A stretch of 64,000 nt of DNA from Camelus ferus. Lineage: Eukaryota. Shown in pieces: positions 12,271 to 25,300 of the stretch (position 1 is the first letter of the stretch; the number at the start of each line of letters is the position of its first letter). A program made the translations under genes and the position numbers. The DNA is taken from positions 19,654,001 to 19,718,000 of the forward strand of contig NC_045730.1 in the NCBI RefSeq assembly GCF_009834535.1, read 5' to 3'. The notes beneath the pieces were generated by a model, which saw only the letters and a program-made list of their open reading frames with translations, did not search any database and had not been told where the DNA came from.

Positions 12271-13659
12271 CTGTAAGAGAAGGAAAGGAAAGGAAAGTTC
12301 AGAATGGTTCCAAGGGTAGAGCTGATCACTCAACTAAGAAGAAACAGTCACATCTATGTGTCTTCTGTTTCCTTATGATTATAATTTAAGAAGACTTCAC
12401 CTTGACTTTTCCTCTGCCCACAAACACATACTCATTTAAGTTACATAAAATCCTCTGCTAGGCACACACTCGTCCCAGCCCTTCCTCTCAGGGTTTCAGC
12501 TCTGATGGGGTCCAAAATTAGATTCTTGCAATCTCACTCACATCTGCAGGGCAGGAAACCTCCCCAATCCACACAGCTCTCATTAACTTAACCAACAACA
12601 GATTTTTGTAGGCATCTACCCGAGTAAGAGCGGGCCCAAACCGCCACTGATTAGCATTTTCCCTAGTAGGTGTGTCAGTCCCAAGGACTATATACTGTTA
12701 TGGTATTTTTGAAAGTAAATGACTAACATTGAATGAAACAATAGATAAAACAAAAGCAAGAGAACATAGGGCCTATGGAATCCAAATATGAGAAAGGTAT
12801 TTATCATTAAAACAGGAATTAATTTGCTAAAGCTAGAGATTCAAATGCCATAGCTAGGCTGACATTTTTTCCTGAATGCCAAGTTCCCAGGACAAACCAC
12901 CTCTACAATGTGCAACAGCCTTTCCCAATTACAAACTTGAACACATCCCAAATGCTGATTTGCGTCCTTGAATTTTTCATAGTCTGTTAATTTTCCCCCT
13001 AATATTCTGATCAAATCATCATTCTTTAAAGTGCTAAAAACTCAAGCTTTAATAAAAACATAGCAAACAAGTGGAAAGTTTTATGAGTCTTACACAAGTT
13101 GGTAAATCTTTTCCTAGTGACAATGCTCCTAGTGACAATGTCTGATCAAACCACAGGGCACCCGACTTGACCAGCTCATGGCTCACTGTACAGTCTCAAC
13201 AGTCTTAAAAGGCATGAAGAGTGCATGCCCCTGCAGCCATAGACAACACGGACACATGAAAACGCCTCTGCCATCAACTGTTGAGCGTTTTGGGCACTAA
13301 ACAGGCTGACCACTCTTTCAAGATAATAAACCATGGAGAAAACTAGTTTTTGTGTTAATTGTATTGCTGCTCAGCAATTTAGAAATTCAAAACCAGTTTG
13401 CTTCCTGCAGCTGAGGACGCCCAGACCAAAATGAAAGCAAGCAACAGGGAAAGGAATGCGTGCATGAGGGTGCGCTGGTGGGAATGTGATCCATAAGCAC
13501 AGGGTAGGGACCCACTGTTTATCGGGTATTTCCCTCCAGTGCCTGCCCCTTTCCCACTGGCCCTATGGCTGCTCTGCACAACCTTGCACCGAGTCCCAGC
13601 CCTGGTGAACCAGCCCTTCCAGCTGTGCTTCACCAGAAGCTCAGCTCAGCTTCTAAGGA

Positions 13660-15240
13660 GACCATGATGGCACTGCATCCCATGAGCAAATCAAAAATAC
13701 CTCTGCACGTGGAACAATTCTCACTGAAAAATGACTGGAAACTGGCAGAAAGAGTCCTGCCTGACTGAGGTTGGTGGGAAGACCCACAGAGAATCCGGCA
13801 GAAAAGGAAGAGAAGTGGGGAGGTTGGGGCCTGTACCCCGAGGAGGAGACTCAGGAAAAAATGGGAGAGCCTGGGCAGAGCTCCTTCCTGGGGAGTGAGT
13901 GAATCGAGCCACAGCCTGGGCACCCTGGTCCTGGGGTCAGACACAGTGAAGGGACGAACCCTCCTGAGGGGTGCGCCTGCTCCCAGCCACTCTGGCTCAC
14001 ACCCAGCCAGAGCCAGGCTGCTTCAGCCCATCATCTTCACAGTGGGAGGGCCCGCACATCAGTGGCCCTGCACAGACAACTCTGGGAGGGGATCCTGGTG
14101 TCAGGAGGGGGAAGAACATACACTTAAAGGGAACAGAGCAGGCTTGACCCAGCCCTCAGGGCTTCTGATCCTGCAACTTGGGACCCGACCCTGTGATGGC
14201 CACTGAGCAGTAGGGGGCCCAGCTCCCACCTGGCTCAGCCCCTCCTCCTACCAAGATGACCACTGCCAGCACACCCTGGGGGAAGACATGACCTGGGCTC
14301 ACAATAAATAATAAAACAAAAATTAACAACTTACCAGATAAAGAATTCAAAGCATTAATAGTAAAAATAAAATACTAACTGAACTTGGGAAAAAAATAGA
14401 TGAACACAGTGAGAATTTTAACAAGGAACTAGAAAATTAAAGGAAAAAAAAAAAGACAAAAACCACTCAGAACTGAAGAATATGATAACTGAAATGAAAA
14501 ACACACTAGAAGGAATGCAAAGCAGACCAGATGATACAGAAGAACACATCAGCAATCTGCAAGACAGAACAATGGAAATCATGCAGTAAGAAGAGTAAAA
14601 AGAAAAAATTTTAAAATGAGAACAGTGTAGGAGATCCCTGGACAACATCAGCTGTACTAACACTCACACTCCAGGGGCCCCAGAAGAAGAGAGAAGGGGT
14701 TAAATATGCATTTGATGAAATTATGGCTGAAAACTTGCCGCTGTCAAGAAAGAAAGATATCCAGGTACAGGAAGCACAGAGGGTCCTAAACAGGATGAAC
14801 CCCGAGACACCCACCCCAAGACACACCATAATTAAAATGTCAAAAGTTACAGACAGAGAATTGTAAAGGCAGCAAGAGAAAAACAGTCAGTTCCAGGGAA
14901 CCCTCACAAGGCCGTCAGCTGGTTTTCCTGCAGGAACTTTGCGGCCAGAAGCAAGCGGCTCGATATATTCAAAGTGCTGAGAGGGAAAAACCTGCAGCCT
15001 AGGATATGCTGCCCAGCCAAGTCATTACCCAGAACTGAAGGACAAAGAACTTCGCAGACAAGCAGAAACTAAAAGACTTCATCAGCACCCAGCCTACCCT
15101 AGAAGAAATGTTGAAGGGTCTTCTCTAAGTGGAAAAGAAATGCCTACAACAAGAAGAAAGAATCTATAGGAAACACAGAGTAAAGGCTGAGAATCACCTG
15201 CTTAAATAAGCTGGTACGAAAATTAAAAGACTAAAATTCA
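13660..15240 (+). mobile_element. Degraded LINE-1 (or HAL1-like) 5' UTR plus ORF1
   Basis: 14290-15130 follows L1 ORF1 (gaaattatggctgaaaactt, atccaggtacaggaagcacagagggtcc, aaggcagcaagagaaaa, cagcctaggata, ctagaagaaatgttgaagggtcttctctaa) with many stops and frameshifts; upstream sequence resembles an L1 5' end. Boundaries approximate. Confidence 0.85.
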
Positions 15241-18200
15241 GTCAAGTTTTAAAAATTCCTCAGATGAGCATTAAACTAAGGTCGGGGTGGGGGGGGCAGT
15301 TCCCTTGAAGCTAACCTCAAAGGATACTCACTCCTCATTCTCACTTAGAATTTGGTCTTACTTTGGAATGCTCCAGTTAAGACCTGGACTTAAAGGGAAA
15401 CAGGCACTTTCCCCCTGAAACCATGGCTCCTCTTAAAGGGATAGTGTCACCGTGAGCCTCGTGGGGTGTCTGCTCCAGTTCCTGACCCCGGGACTCAGGA
15501 GGGGCTGGTGTGGGCGGATCCAGCACCCCACACGGGCGACACAGGTGCTCAGTGCAGCTCCACTGCCAACTCTGCCACTGAGCAGTCACCCCGGAGAACC
15601 TCCGGATGCCACTTGGAAATCCAGGCTTGCCATCCTCTCTCGAAACCCAGAAGAGGGGAGATGCTACTGAGTAACTTCTGTGCCTCCCAAACTCCAACTG
15701 AATCGGGGGCTGGCAAACTGCACATCCAGCCTGTGGGCTATTTCTGCAAATACAGTTTTACCAGCAGACACACAGCCGTGTACCTCGTAAGCACCACACA
15801 CACTGTACGCCCTGCAAATCCAGAAGCATTTACTCCCAGGCCCCATCCTACGTGTCCTAAATCATCTCTTTTAATTCTTATAAAAACTGCTACTTTGGTA
15901 GGAAACTGAGGCACAAACAGTAATTACGTTTCTCACCCAGGGCCCCGAAGGAAACAATCTCTGTCCAAGTCCCAGTCTGTTACCGTGGAAGCCACACCTG
16001 GAGTCTACACTCCAGCCTCCATCACACAGTCAGCTTCTCACCACCTGGGTGTCCTTCTCAGCATGCTCTCCCCAGGGACACCCTTGCAGCCCACTGCCTG
16101 CTTTCAGCCCCCCAGACCCTGTCCCATCTTACTAACCTCCCTGCCCTGAGCTTAGGCCACACGGAATTCTGCACAAGTCTTGGTGGTGGTTTCCTTGTGA
16201 GGCCTCAGACAGCTGCTTCCAGTTTATTTCTGTAACATGTATGAGTGGCTTATCTTCAAAGACAGGTGTGACACCTTCGTGAGTCAGTGTACTTCAGAAC
16301 CAAGTGACCCCTCTGTTTTACAGACCAGGACTGTGTGCTGAGGGAGTTAGTCACAAAGGAGTAAAGGACCATACGGAGGGACTTCAAGGAAGTCACTGGG
16401 CAGGAGCTGCTTTCCTAACCAGCGCCCCCACCTGGTGGTCATTTAACTGTTCAGGGGCCACGTGGAGAAAGGGCAGAGGGGAAGCCAATGTTGGTTCCAT
16501 CACTAAAGTGCTTGTGTGTTACCCAGAGCATCCCGGTTCCTTAGGGGCTGGAGCATTGGGGCTACCGTGGTGCCCTTGCTGCTTCTCCTTCTCCGGTCAC
16601 TCCAACACTGGGGCTACCTTAGCGTCTTGTCGACAGAGGCCCAGCAGATTACAGCAAACTCATCGTGAAGTGGTACAAGTAGGGGTCTTATGTTCTGAAG
16701 CAACCAGTGAGGACTTGGGGAAAACACAGCAGTGAAGACAGACAGATTAGACACATGTAGAAAGAAGACGTAAACTGAAAGGACAATGACTGATAGACGG
16801 AAGGAAGAGGGATGGAAGACGGAAGCTGCCTGGCTGGCTTCAGACACAACTCTATCCACCCAGGGCGCCTCCTTGGTTTCTGTCTGAGGTTGGCTGCCAT
16901 GCTATCGCCATGGAAAAACAGTGTTTCTCCTTTGTTTCATGTCCGTTCAGGCTAAAGGATCGGCCAGCTGCGCCTCCCCCTGTTCCTCACTCTGGGTCTG
17001 GAAAGAGCAGTCTTCAGGGTGAAACTTTGTAAACCAAGGAGAGGAACCCTCCTCCACATCTCACATTTCTAAGAAAGGTTTTACTAAAACCCATCCATCT
17101 GCAAAGACTGCTCCATGGTTTACAGCAGGTTAATCAGTATTCTTTCAACCTGGAAGCCAGAAGAACATGCCAAGGAGACATGTGGATCGCTTCCCCCATG
17201 CTGCATCCACACAATTCCGCTCCTTGAAAAGCAGCAGATGTTGCTGATGTTGAAGGACAACGACCACAGGACTCCCTGTTCAAGAATTCCCCACACAAAA
17301 GTCCGAAGAGCATACCTTCCATGCTTCAATACTCAAGATATTCACTTAGCTCTCTTTTAATTTTAGGAATAAGAATGTATGACAGAAAAGTAAAATGCAA
17401 GATGGTTTGTAACCTCAATGAGAGGAAAATATAAGTGGTCTTTTGAAACATTTTCTCCTTTATCAAGATGTTATTCATATCATTATCCTCGGACAAAGAA
17501 GTTCCTTAAGACTTAGAATTTCAACGGTAGAAATTAAAGTTCTCATGTGTTCTATAACAAAGAAAGAAATTTACAGACAAGTCATAAATTTAGGCTGAAA
17601 ATGCAAGTCAAGTGAAACCCCCAGACACCGATGAATCTCACTGAGATGGAGACCTCCACCAACCCCCTCCCCCAAGGAAGAATTCTTCTCTTACTTATAC
17701 TGTAGTCCAGAGCTTCCAGGCAAACCCCGAGTCTTAGAAAAGTGAAGGAAAAACAGGCCCGGGAAATGTAAAAGGGGAGGAGACAATGCAGCTCCTCTGT
17801 TTTTCCTTCCTGGCCTCATTCTGGCAAACTAGGACCCCACAGGAAACTGCACAGAGCCCTGTGGGTGTCTGGTCAGAATGGGAAATCCGCAGAGCTGGAG
17901 TGCCCAGGAGTGGGGTATGTGCCCCAGAGCCACCTCCACAGCTGGCTCAGCACAGAGCAAACAGACAGCCTAGCGTGGATGGTTTCCATTCTTGGTGTCA
18001 GGAGTTTATTATTCAATGCTGGAATGAATGCTTTATATAACAAAGCAATCATTTCCATGTTTGGAATTTCATGGCTGTCAGGAACCTTCAGAACACTTCT
18101 CTCCTATGCCAATGGCTTTATAAGGCTCAGGGAGCACCCCTGATGGCCCTCTCAGCTGCTGGAGGTGCGTTAGTCATCTCTGGGACAAGTTTTCTTTTCT

Positions 18201-19489
18201 GCAGAGAAAAGAAAGAACCCACCTGTCCAGGGGAGAAGCAGCAGGCAGACCAGGGATCTCTCCCTGACTGAACACTGGGTGGGAGCCCACGCGTCAGCTA
18301 ACTTCTTGGGTTTCATCTTTCTCGGAGATAAAATATTGATAGTAACACCTACTACCTTCCGCCATACTTGAAAAGATCAAACACATGGATCAAAGCATGA
18401 AGCAGGAAAGAAAATGCAGTTTAAAAACCCAGTACTCATGTGGTATCCATTACATGTTTAAACCTGTGCATGGCTCCAGCTCCAGAGTGCCTCCCGCCTG
18501 GGCCAGCAAATAGGAGAGAGGAGGAAACTCCAAACAGCCACCTCTCAGGTGTCCACCTGAGTCTCTTATCCTCAGGGCCCCCGACCCCAGTGCCATCAGC
18601 TCTGGATCTCAGTCCCCTCCATCCGCCACTCTCTGTGTGGCCAGGCTGAACTCTCGCTAAGAGGGCAACCAAGCCGAGTGACTCACTCCCCAGAGCCTGT
18701 CGAGGGCGGCTCACCGCTTTCAAGGTGGGGCACAAAGCCAGCAGCAGGACCTAGTCTTTCCAGAGCCTGGGCCCACATCTCAATGGCATCACCCCGCTTC
18801 ACAATTACTGTGTTTTCCTTCGTCACTGTCTGTACTGCCGTATTTATGGTGCTTTCATTTTTCTTGGTTTATGCCGCATTTTCAATGTAAAAATTAGATA
18901 TTTGAATTTCATAAGGATATTTTAAATAAGAGAATCAGGATAAATATAGACCTTTCTCTAGGATTATAAAATCACCAACATTTACTCAACTACTCAATAT
19001 GATGGGAAAAAATTCCAAAGAACTACATATTAACGTGAATGGGATTTTTATGTTTATATGAATGACCATAAAGTTCCTTAAAATATTTAGTTAACGGCAT
19101 GATTAGAAAGAGAAATATATATATTTTAAATATGCCCTGTGTTGAAATCTTGACTGTAGCCACTAAGGTCTGGATACCGTCACTTCACTCTGACCCCTGT
19201 CAGAGTCAGGAAGAGCGAGTGAGGTCCGTGCCTCCTGCCTCTCTCACCTGCAGTTCGCTTTTTCAGACCCGTTTGAGACGGTGCCCTGAGGACCTGCAGC
19301 AGCTCCGGCCTTTGCTCCCCTGCTTTTATTCCAGCACCAGGGAGTCAGAGTCCCAGGAAGCAGCCTCAGAGCGCGGTGCTCAGGGGGAGACAGGCAGGAG
19401 CCGGGGTCCCAGGCAATGAGGAAGCACAGACCCCAGCAGTCCCCGCAGACAGTGCGTCTGCATCTTCGCCAGGGTCTGGTGTCACTGCT

Positions 19490-20490
19490 ATTCTCACTTC
19501 TGCCAATCTGACAGGTGCACAGGGACTCTTAGCAGTTTTAATCTGCTTTTCCCTAAACCGTCCCTATCCACACGGAACTCGTCCTCATGTTGTCTCCACC
19601 TGCATGTCCTCTTTGGTGAGATGTCTGCACGTGACTGTGGCCTGTTTTCTGCCTGGATTTTTGGCAACACTGTTGAGTTCTGGGAGCTCTTTGCACACCG
19701 TGGATACAAGTTCTCTGCTGGGTGTGTGGGCTTCCAGCTGCTGTGTCTTTTCATCCTCTTCCAGGGGCTTTCCCAGAGCAAAACCTTTCATCTTGATAAA
19801 GTCCTATTTGATTTTCCCTTTGAGGGATTGTGCTTTTAGTTTCGATTTAAGAACTCTTTGCCTAGTCCTTAGACTTGAAGATCTGTTTTTTGTTAGATGT
19901 GTTGTAGTTTTACATTTTACACTGAGATCTCTGATCCTTAAGTTAATTTTGTATATCAGGTGTGGGATTCAGGTCTAAATTCTTCCTCTTCTTTTTTTTT
20001 TTTTTTTTTTTTTTTTGGTCTATGGATATCCAATTGCTCCAACATGATTTATGGAAAAGGTCATCCCTCCTTCATTGAATTGCTTTTGTTTCTTGGTCAA
20101 AAATTAACTGGGCATTTTGTGTAGATCTCAGTTGCCCACCCCATTCACTCAGCTGTGGGTCTGTCCCTCCCACACTCCGGATGACTGTGGCTACACAGTA
20201 AGCCTCAGCCCTGGGGGAGAGACTTCTCCCACTTTAATCTTTGTCAAAGTTGCTTTAGCTATTCCACAGCTCTTCCCTTTCCACATAAATTTTAGGAAAA
20301 GCTATTTCTACCGAAGACTTTGCTGAGCACTTGACAGGAGTTGTCTTAATTCTGTAGGTCAGTTTAGGGAGAATTGACATCGATACACATTGGGTCTCCT
20401 GATCTATGAACATGGTATTTAACTCTGATCTCTTTCACCAGCACTTTGTGATTTTCATCATCCTGACCCGTAGATAAAGCACATGTGCAC
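19490..20490 (-). mobile_element. Old LINE-1 ORF2 3' fragment, antisense orientation
   Basis: T-rich L1 reverse-strand motifs (atgtcctctttggtgagatgtct, ggatatccaattgctccaacatgatttatggaaaag, tttgtcaaagttgctttagctatt, agtttagggagaattgacatc). It accounts for the spurious ORFs at 19376-19978. Confidence 0.8.
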
Positions 20491-21194
20491 ATGGAACCTC
20501 GATTCTTAGGTTCCCAAAGAAAACAGTCTAACTCCAGGTCAGCTCCAGAAAGCATGTGCCTGGTTCATCCCCATTTGGTCATTTCAGATGACACCCTCTG
20601 AGCCATCAGCTGGGATGGAGAAGGGAGGGCCCACCCATGACCTCAGGTAATCCTACAGGAAGGGCCACCATGGCACAAGCAGCACAACCCTGTGTCGTGG
20701 AGAAGACACCAGGGGTGGGCTTGGGAGGTGGGAGCTTGGTTCCAGAGGTCACTGCCCTGTTGGTGAGCCTGCCTGGATCACAACCTCCCCAGCCCTCAGT
20801 TTTCCCACTTGTGCAGTGAGGATCCCGACTCAGATCTGCAACGTCTCAACATGCTCGGCAGTGAGAGCAGGGGTGCAAAGCAGACCCAGAGGGGAGGGGC
20901 TGACCACGAGGGCTCCCCACTGAGAGGTGAGACTACAGAGAGATGACATGAAGGAGAGGAAAGCACACACGCCTGCAAGATGGCCCAGGAGAAGGTGGGG
21001 TCCAGTCCTGCTGAGACTGGTAAGGCTGGGGTGAGAAGGGGAGAAAGGGAATGCTGAGAGGACCTGGGGTTCAACATGAGGATGGAAGGGGGTTCACCAC
21101 CAAATCTTGAGAGAATGGGAGGGAGAAAGATAAGAAAACATGACTTATGGAAATCAGATCATTTTAATTAACCCTAAAAATATAGGAGCAAACA

Positions 21195-21330
21195 TGGTGA
21201 AAAAGAATATGAAAATGAATACAAGTATATTCATGTATGATTGAAAAATTGTGCTGTACACCAAAAATTGACACAACATTGTAAACTGACTACAACTCAA
21301 TTAAAAAATAAATAAAAATAGGAAACAAAC
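21195..21330 (+). mobile_element. Camelid-type LINE-1 3' tail
   Basis: gaaaaagaatatgaaaatgaat...gaaaaattgtgctgtacacca..aattgacacaacattgtaaactgactacaactcaat plus an A-rich tail; the same tail recurs near 35230, 45050 and 54600. Confidence 0.85.
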
Positions 21331-21912
21331 AAAATATATAGGAATAAAACATGGTTTAAGACTCCTCTTTGAGTGTGTGGCAGTAGGTTGCTGACTAGGG
21401 TGTCCAGCCCACAGTGAGGGGTGCTTTCCTGACATCCGGGAGGGGCTGCCATCCCTGCCCAGTGCCCAGGCAGATCCCCCACCCCACCTCAGGCCACCAA
21501 ATCCTCTTCTTAATCAGAATCCCAGTCTCCTCCCTGTGCCCACCAGGGGGGTGGTCTCATTGCCCCCACCAGGAGCCTGCAATCCCGCAAGGCCACGGCA
21601 TGCCAGGTGAGCCCAGGCCCAGGTTCTGTGCACCAGCTTCTTGGCCCGAGGCAACCACACTCCCCCTTTGCACTTTCACCTTCTTGTCCCCCCATAATCA
21701 GCAGACATCACAAAGTGAACACACCCACCACACGGAGCCTTGACAGTGGGGGCCACCCCTGGCCTGCCCCTTGTGGGTGGTAGAGGAAGGGCTCCCCCGC
21801 AAAAATCAGACAACCCTTTTATTCAGGAGTGGAACAAGGGTAAAAACTGGGCTTCTTTTGAGCAGCAACAAGGCACTGTTACCACCAGAACTCACATGGG
21901 CTACATGCAGGA

Positions 21913-22004
21913 GGACATCTAGCCACTGCACTAGCTGGACATCAAGCCACTACACCAGCTGGACATCAAGCCACTGCACCAGCTGGACATTGAGCCACTG
22001 CACC
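21913..22004. repeat. 24-bp tandem repeat, about 3.8 copies
   Basis: Unit ggacatcaagccactgcaccagct starts at 21913, 21937, 21961 and 21985; it produces the TSSHCTSW repeat in ORF 21771-22013. Confidence 0.9.
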
Positions 22005-22169
22005 ACTGGGTAAACCCTGAACACCCCCTTCCTTTGTGAGTAAGTACTTAAATGCACACTCACACACACTTACTTTCTCATTTATGGCACAATGAGCTTA
22101 AGTGTTTAAGTGGAAGTAAGTGGGGGGGGGAACCCCAAAACAACAGTCCACCCTGTGAATCCTTCCCTC

Positions 22170-22300
22170 CCCACCCCTAGAAACTGTTTATAGATTTTGA
22201 ATATCAGTCCAGTGGAAAGAATTCTATATTTTTTCAAGTAGATGATTCTTTCACTGAAGAAAAAAAAAAACAAAAGATACTCAAGTATATCTTGCACATT
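22170..22300 (-). mobile_element. Small old LINE-1 ORF2 fragment
   Basis: Minus translation includes TGLIFKIYKQ, resembling the L1 ORF2 motif KGLISRIYK. Confidence 0.4.
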
Positions 22301-25300
22301 TTTTTAAAGCTTAGCAGGCAAGGAGACAACACACATTTTGTCTCTTCCAGTCCTTTCCAGTCATTCCTCTTTGGCAGCTACTTTTCTTTTTACAGACTTC
22401 AGTGCAAGTCCTCACCAACAGCCATCTCAGCTTGTAACCCTGTTTGGTGCTGCAGTCAGCTGACTACTCTGTCTTCTCCCAAGTGCTTACACTCTACAGA
22501 CTTACACGTGATCAATCCTGTAATGCACATCAATTACATGGGTCTCAATAAACCTGGTTTGTGGAAGCCAGATGCCCAACACCCCTCTAGCAGTCACAGT
22601 GGTAAGACGAGCTTCGCTATGACAGTCCTCAGGGAAGGGTTTACACCATCCTGCGAACATGGATGGAGGCAGAGGTGGTATTTCTTGAGGCAACTATCAT
22701 ATATTGGGAAGTGGAATCTCAGAAGTGCCACAAAATTAGTTATTTTGGAACAGGCTAGGATAGGGAAGATAACTGTGAAGACTTTTACACACACTTAGGT
22801 TTTCTGACATCCCACTGTCTGGGTGATTTATTTCCCAGAAATCTTTTCTGTACTCTTCAGGCCAATATCTCTTCTTGCCTCACTGAAGGCAGGGAAAGGA
22901 ACAAGACATCTACAAAGTGTTGTGTCCAAGAAAGGATTCTTGGTCTGAACATGAGATAATCAACTGAAGGAAAGTCTCTGCAGCATTTCCTCTGAACCCT
23001 GCTGTTGTAGGCAGGGGACTTCTGTTGCCAGCTGGATAACTCACTCTCTCTGACAGCCCTCCAGTCCCCATTCCCAGCCACCTCCTACTCCTGCAGGACG
23101 TGGTAACCAGCCAGGAGTGCACTTTCTGTCCATCAATAACTGTTTGACTTACATTTTATTTACCTGAAATTCAATTTCTGCCCATTTCCTCTCAGCTCAA
23201 TAAAACTCTTCAAGTAGGAATTCAGCTCACCTTCTGCCGTATCTTCCCGAGTGTTTAATCTTCCATCAGCAGCTCAGTGCCAACTCACACTTTACCCCAG
23301 GGACAGGTGAAGCCAAAAAAAAAAAAAAAAAAAAAAACTATCACTGTGCCACTGAGTTAAGAAGCCTATGAGAATTTGTTGAAATCTACTGGATAATAAT
23401 TGACAAAAATTTTTGAAACTCCATGAATGATTATTAAGCTTCTCTGTACTGTATGATTTACTTGCAAACTGATTACTTCTTATCAAGGTTACCCAAGCTC
23501 ACAAAGAACTGTGGACACATGGAGAATGGCTTCCTACTTTCATGGAAGGCATTAATTCTGGAAAAGTCAGTGTAAACAATTTCCTCCCTTCAGTGAGCCT
23601 GAGATACTGGTCAGCATCCAGCCTGTCCCAGGCACAGGAAGCCTGGTTTTCCTCCTTGAAATGAAGCTTCTTCTAACAGAGGGGACAGAACACTGCATCA
23701 GAAGGGGCACTGTGACCTAGGAATCCAGGATCTGAGGAGCACACTGCTGCTACCCAACAATGAATCACATATGAAGCGGCTACAAACACGCTTTCACTCA
23801 GCCTTGCTGAATAAGCTTCACTCATTCCTAAGCTTTATCTCAAAATTCCCGAAAACCATGGAAGGGATCCTGACTTTTATTTTCACATTCATTCATTCTC
23901 TCATCCAACAGATACTTATGAATACCTACTATGTGCCAGAAACAGACACAGACCCTATCACTAAACATTTGCTGAATGAAAGATTAAATAAGTTATATTC
24001 TTACTTTTAAAACATTTTTAAAGGTTGACATAAATCGGTGCCTAAATTAATGATTGCAGTGACTTTCTTAAACAAATTGCTCCATCCAGGCAAGTAATGC
24101 GAATAAAATGGAGACAAAGACTTCATCAGAAAGGTAATAATGACTGAATATTATCTCCATCTTGTAGCTTTCAAGATGCAGAATATACTAGGATTTTTAT
24201 ATCATTTTATCTTCAAATTATCTATGTATTTAAATATTTAAGTACACATACACTTAAAAATCTTGCTTGCTTTCTAAAATAATGGTTCTGTCCTAAAAAG
24301 GCTTGCAGTCAAAGAGGGTTTTTTTTTTTTTGGAGGGGGGAGGGTGGGAGGGCAAATAATATACTAGAATTCATGTGTAGCAGACTAGTTATTTTGAATG
24401 AGTTTGTACAATGGTTATTTCTCTGTGAGACCAATGAGCTGCAAGAATTCTTCCAGCACACACCCTGAGGCTTCCTGTGCAAAAGCCACTTTCAAGGTCA
24501 AAATTACCCTGAGCTATTGGGAATAGAATACTTGCACAATCCCAGCACATAACATGTGATAAAATTTTGATGAATCTACTACTTAATTAAATAATAACAA
24601 CCATAATAGCACAAATCTCTATCTTATGGAAACACTGTGCTTTCTAAATATCTTGCCCAACATTGATCAAGTGGCAATTATTAATAATACCTTTTATTCA
24701 AAAGGTAAACAATAAAGCGTATCGTATACAATCCTCTAACCACTGATGCTTTATTAGAGGTGGAAGGCACTGTAAACAAAGATCTCTCCTTTACTGTTGG
24801 AACCAACAATCTCTGCTGGATATTCAAGTACATGTGTGTTTAGAGGAAATCTTTACAAAGCAACATGTGTATCACAATATATGCACTGCACAGCCAGAGA
24901 ATAAGGAGGACAGGGGAAAACTTTTCATTTAAAATAAGGAAAAACCATGAGTCATCAAAGCTTAAACCAATGTACAAAGACAGCCTGAAAAACGTGGTGT
25001 TGCAAACTAGCCTGGACAGCAAAGCAGTTCAGACAAGCCAAGGATGAGGTGGAAAAGAGCAGATGGAAGTGAAATCACACTTAACTCGCTGTGTAGGCAC
25101 ACCACCTCAGGACGGACAACAGGATTCACCCACTGAGTCCACAGTATCTTTTCCACACCTACTGCGTGTCCAGCACTGTTCCCAGTACTTGGCACTTAAA
25201 TTCAAATTCCCACACAGCAGTAACTTTCATGTCGTCACATACCAGACATCAACCATATGCCTGATAAACTCGGCTACTCTTATTTACTGGTCAAGGCACA

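Noticed and set aside
13112-13140. Short tandem duplications (15-bp period here; 29-bp period at 56985-57030; 12-bp at about 7298-7321)
   Set aside because: Ordinary replication-slippage duplications with no sign of function.
19376-19978. 200-aa plus-strand ORF
   Set aside because: Mostly antisense of an old L1 fragment.
21913-22004. CRISPR-like appearance of the 24-bp repeats
   Set aside because: Repeats are head-to-tail with no spacers, there are no cas genes, and the DNA is mammalian.
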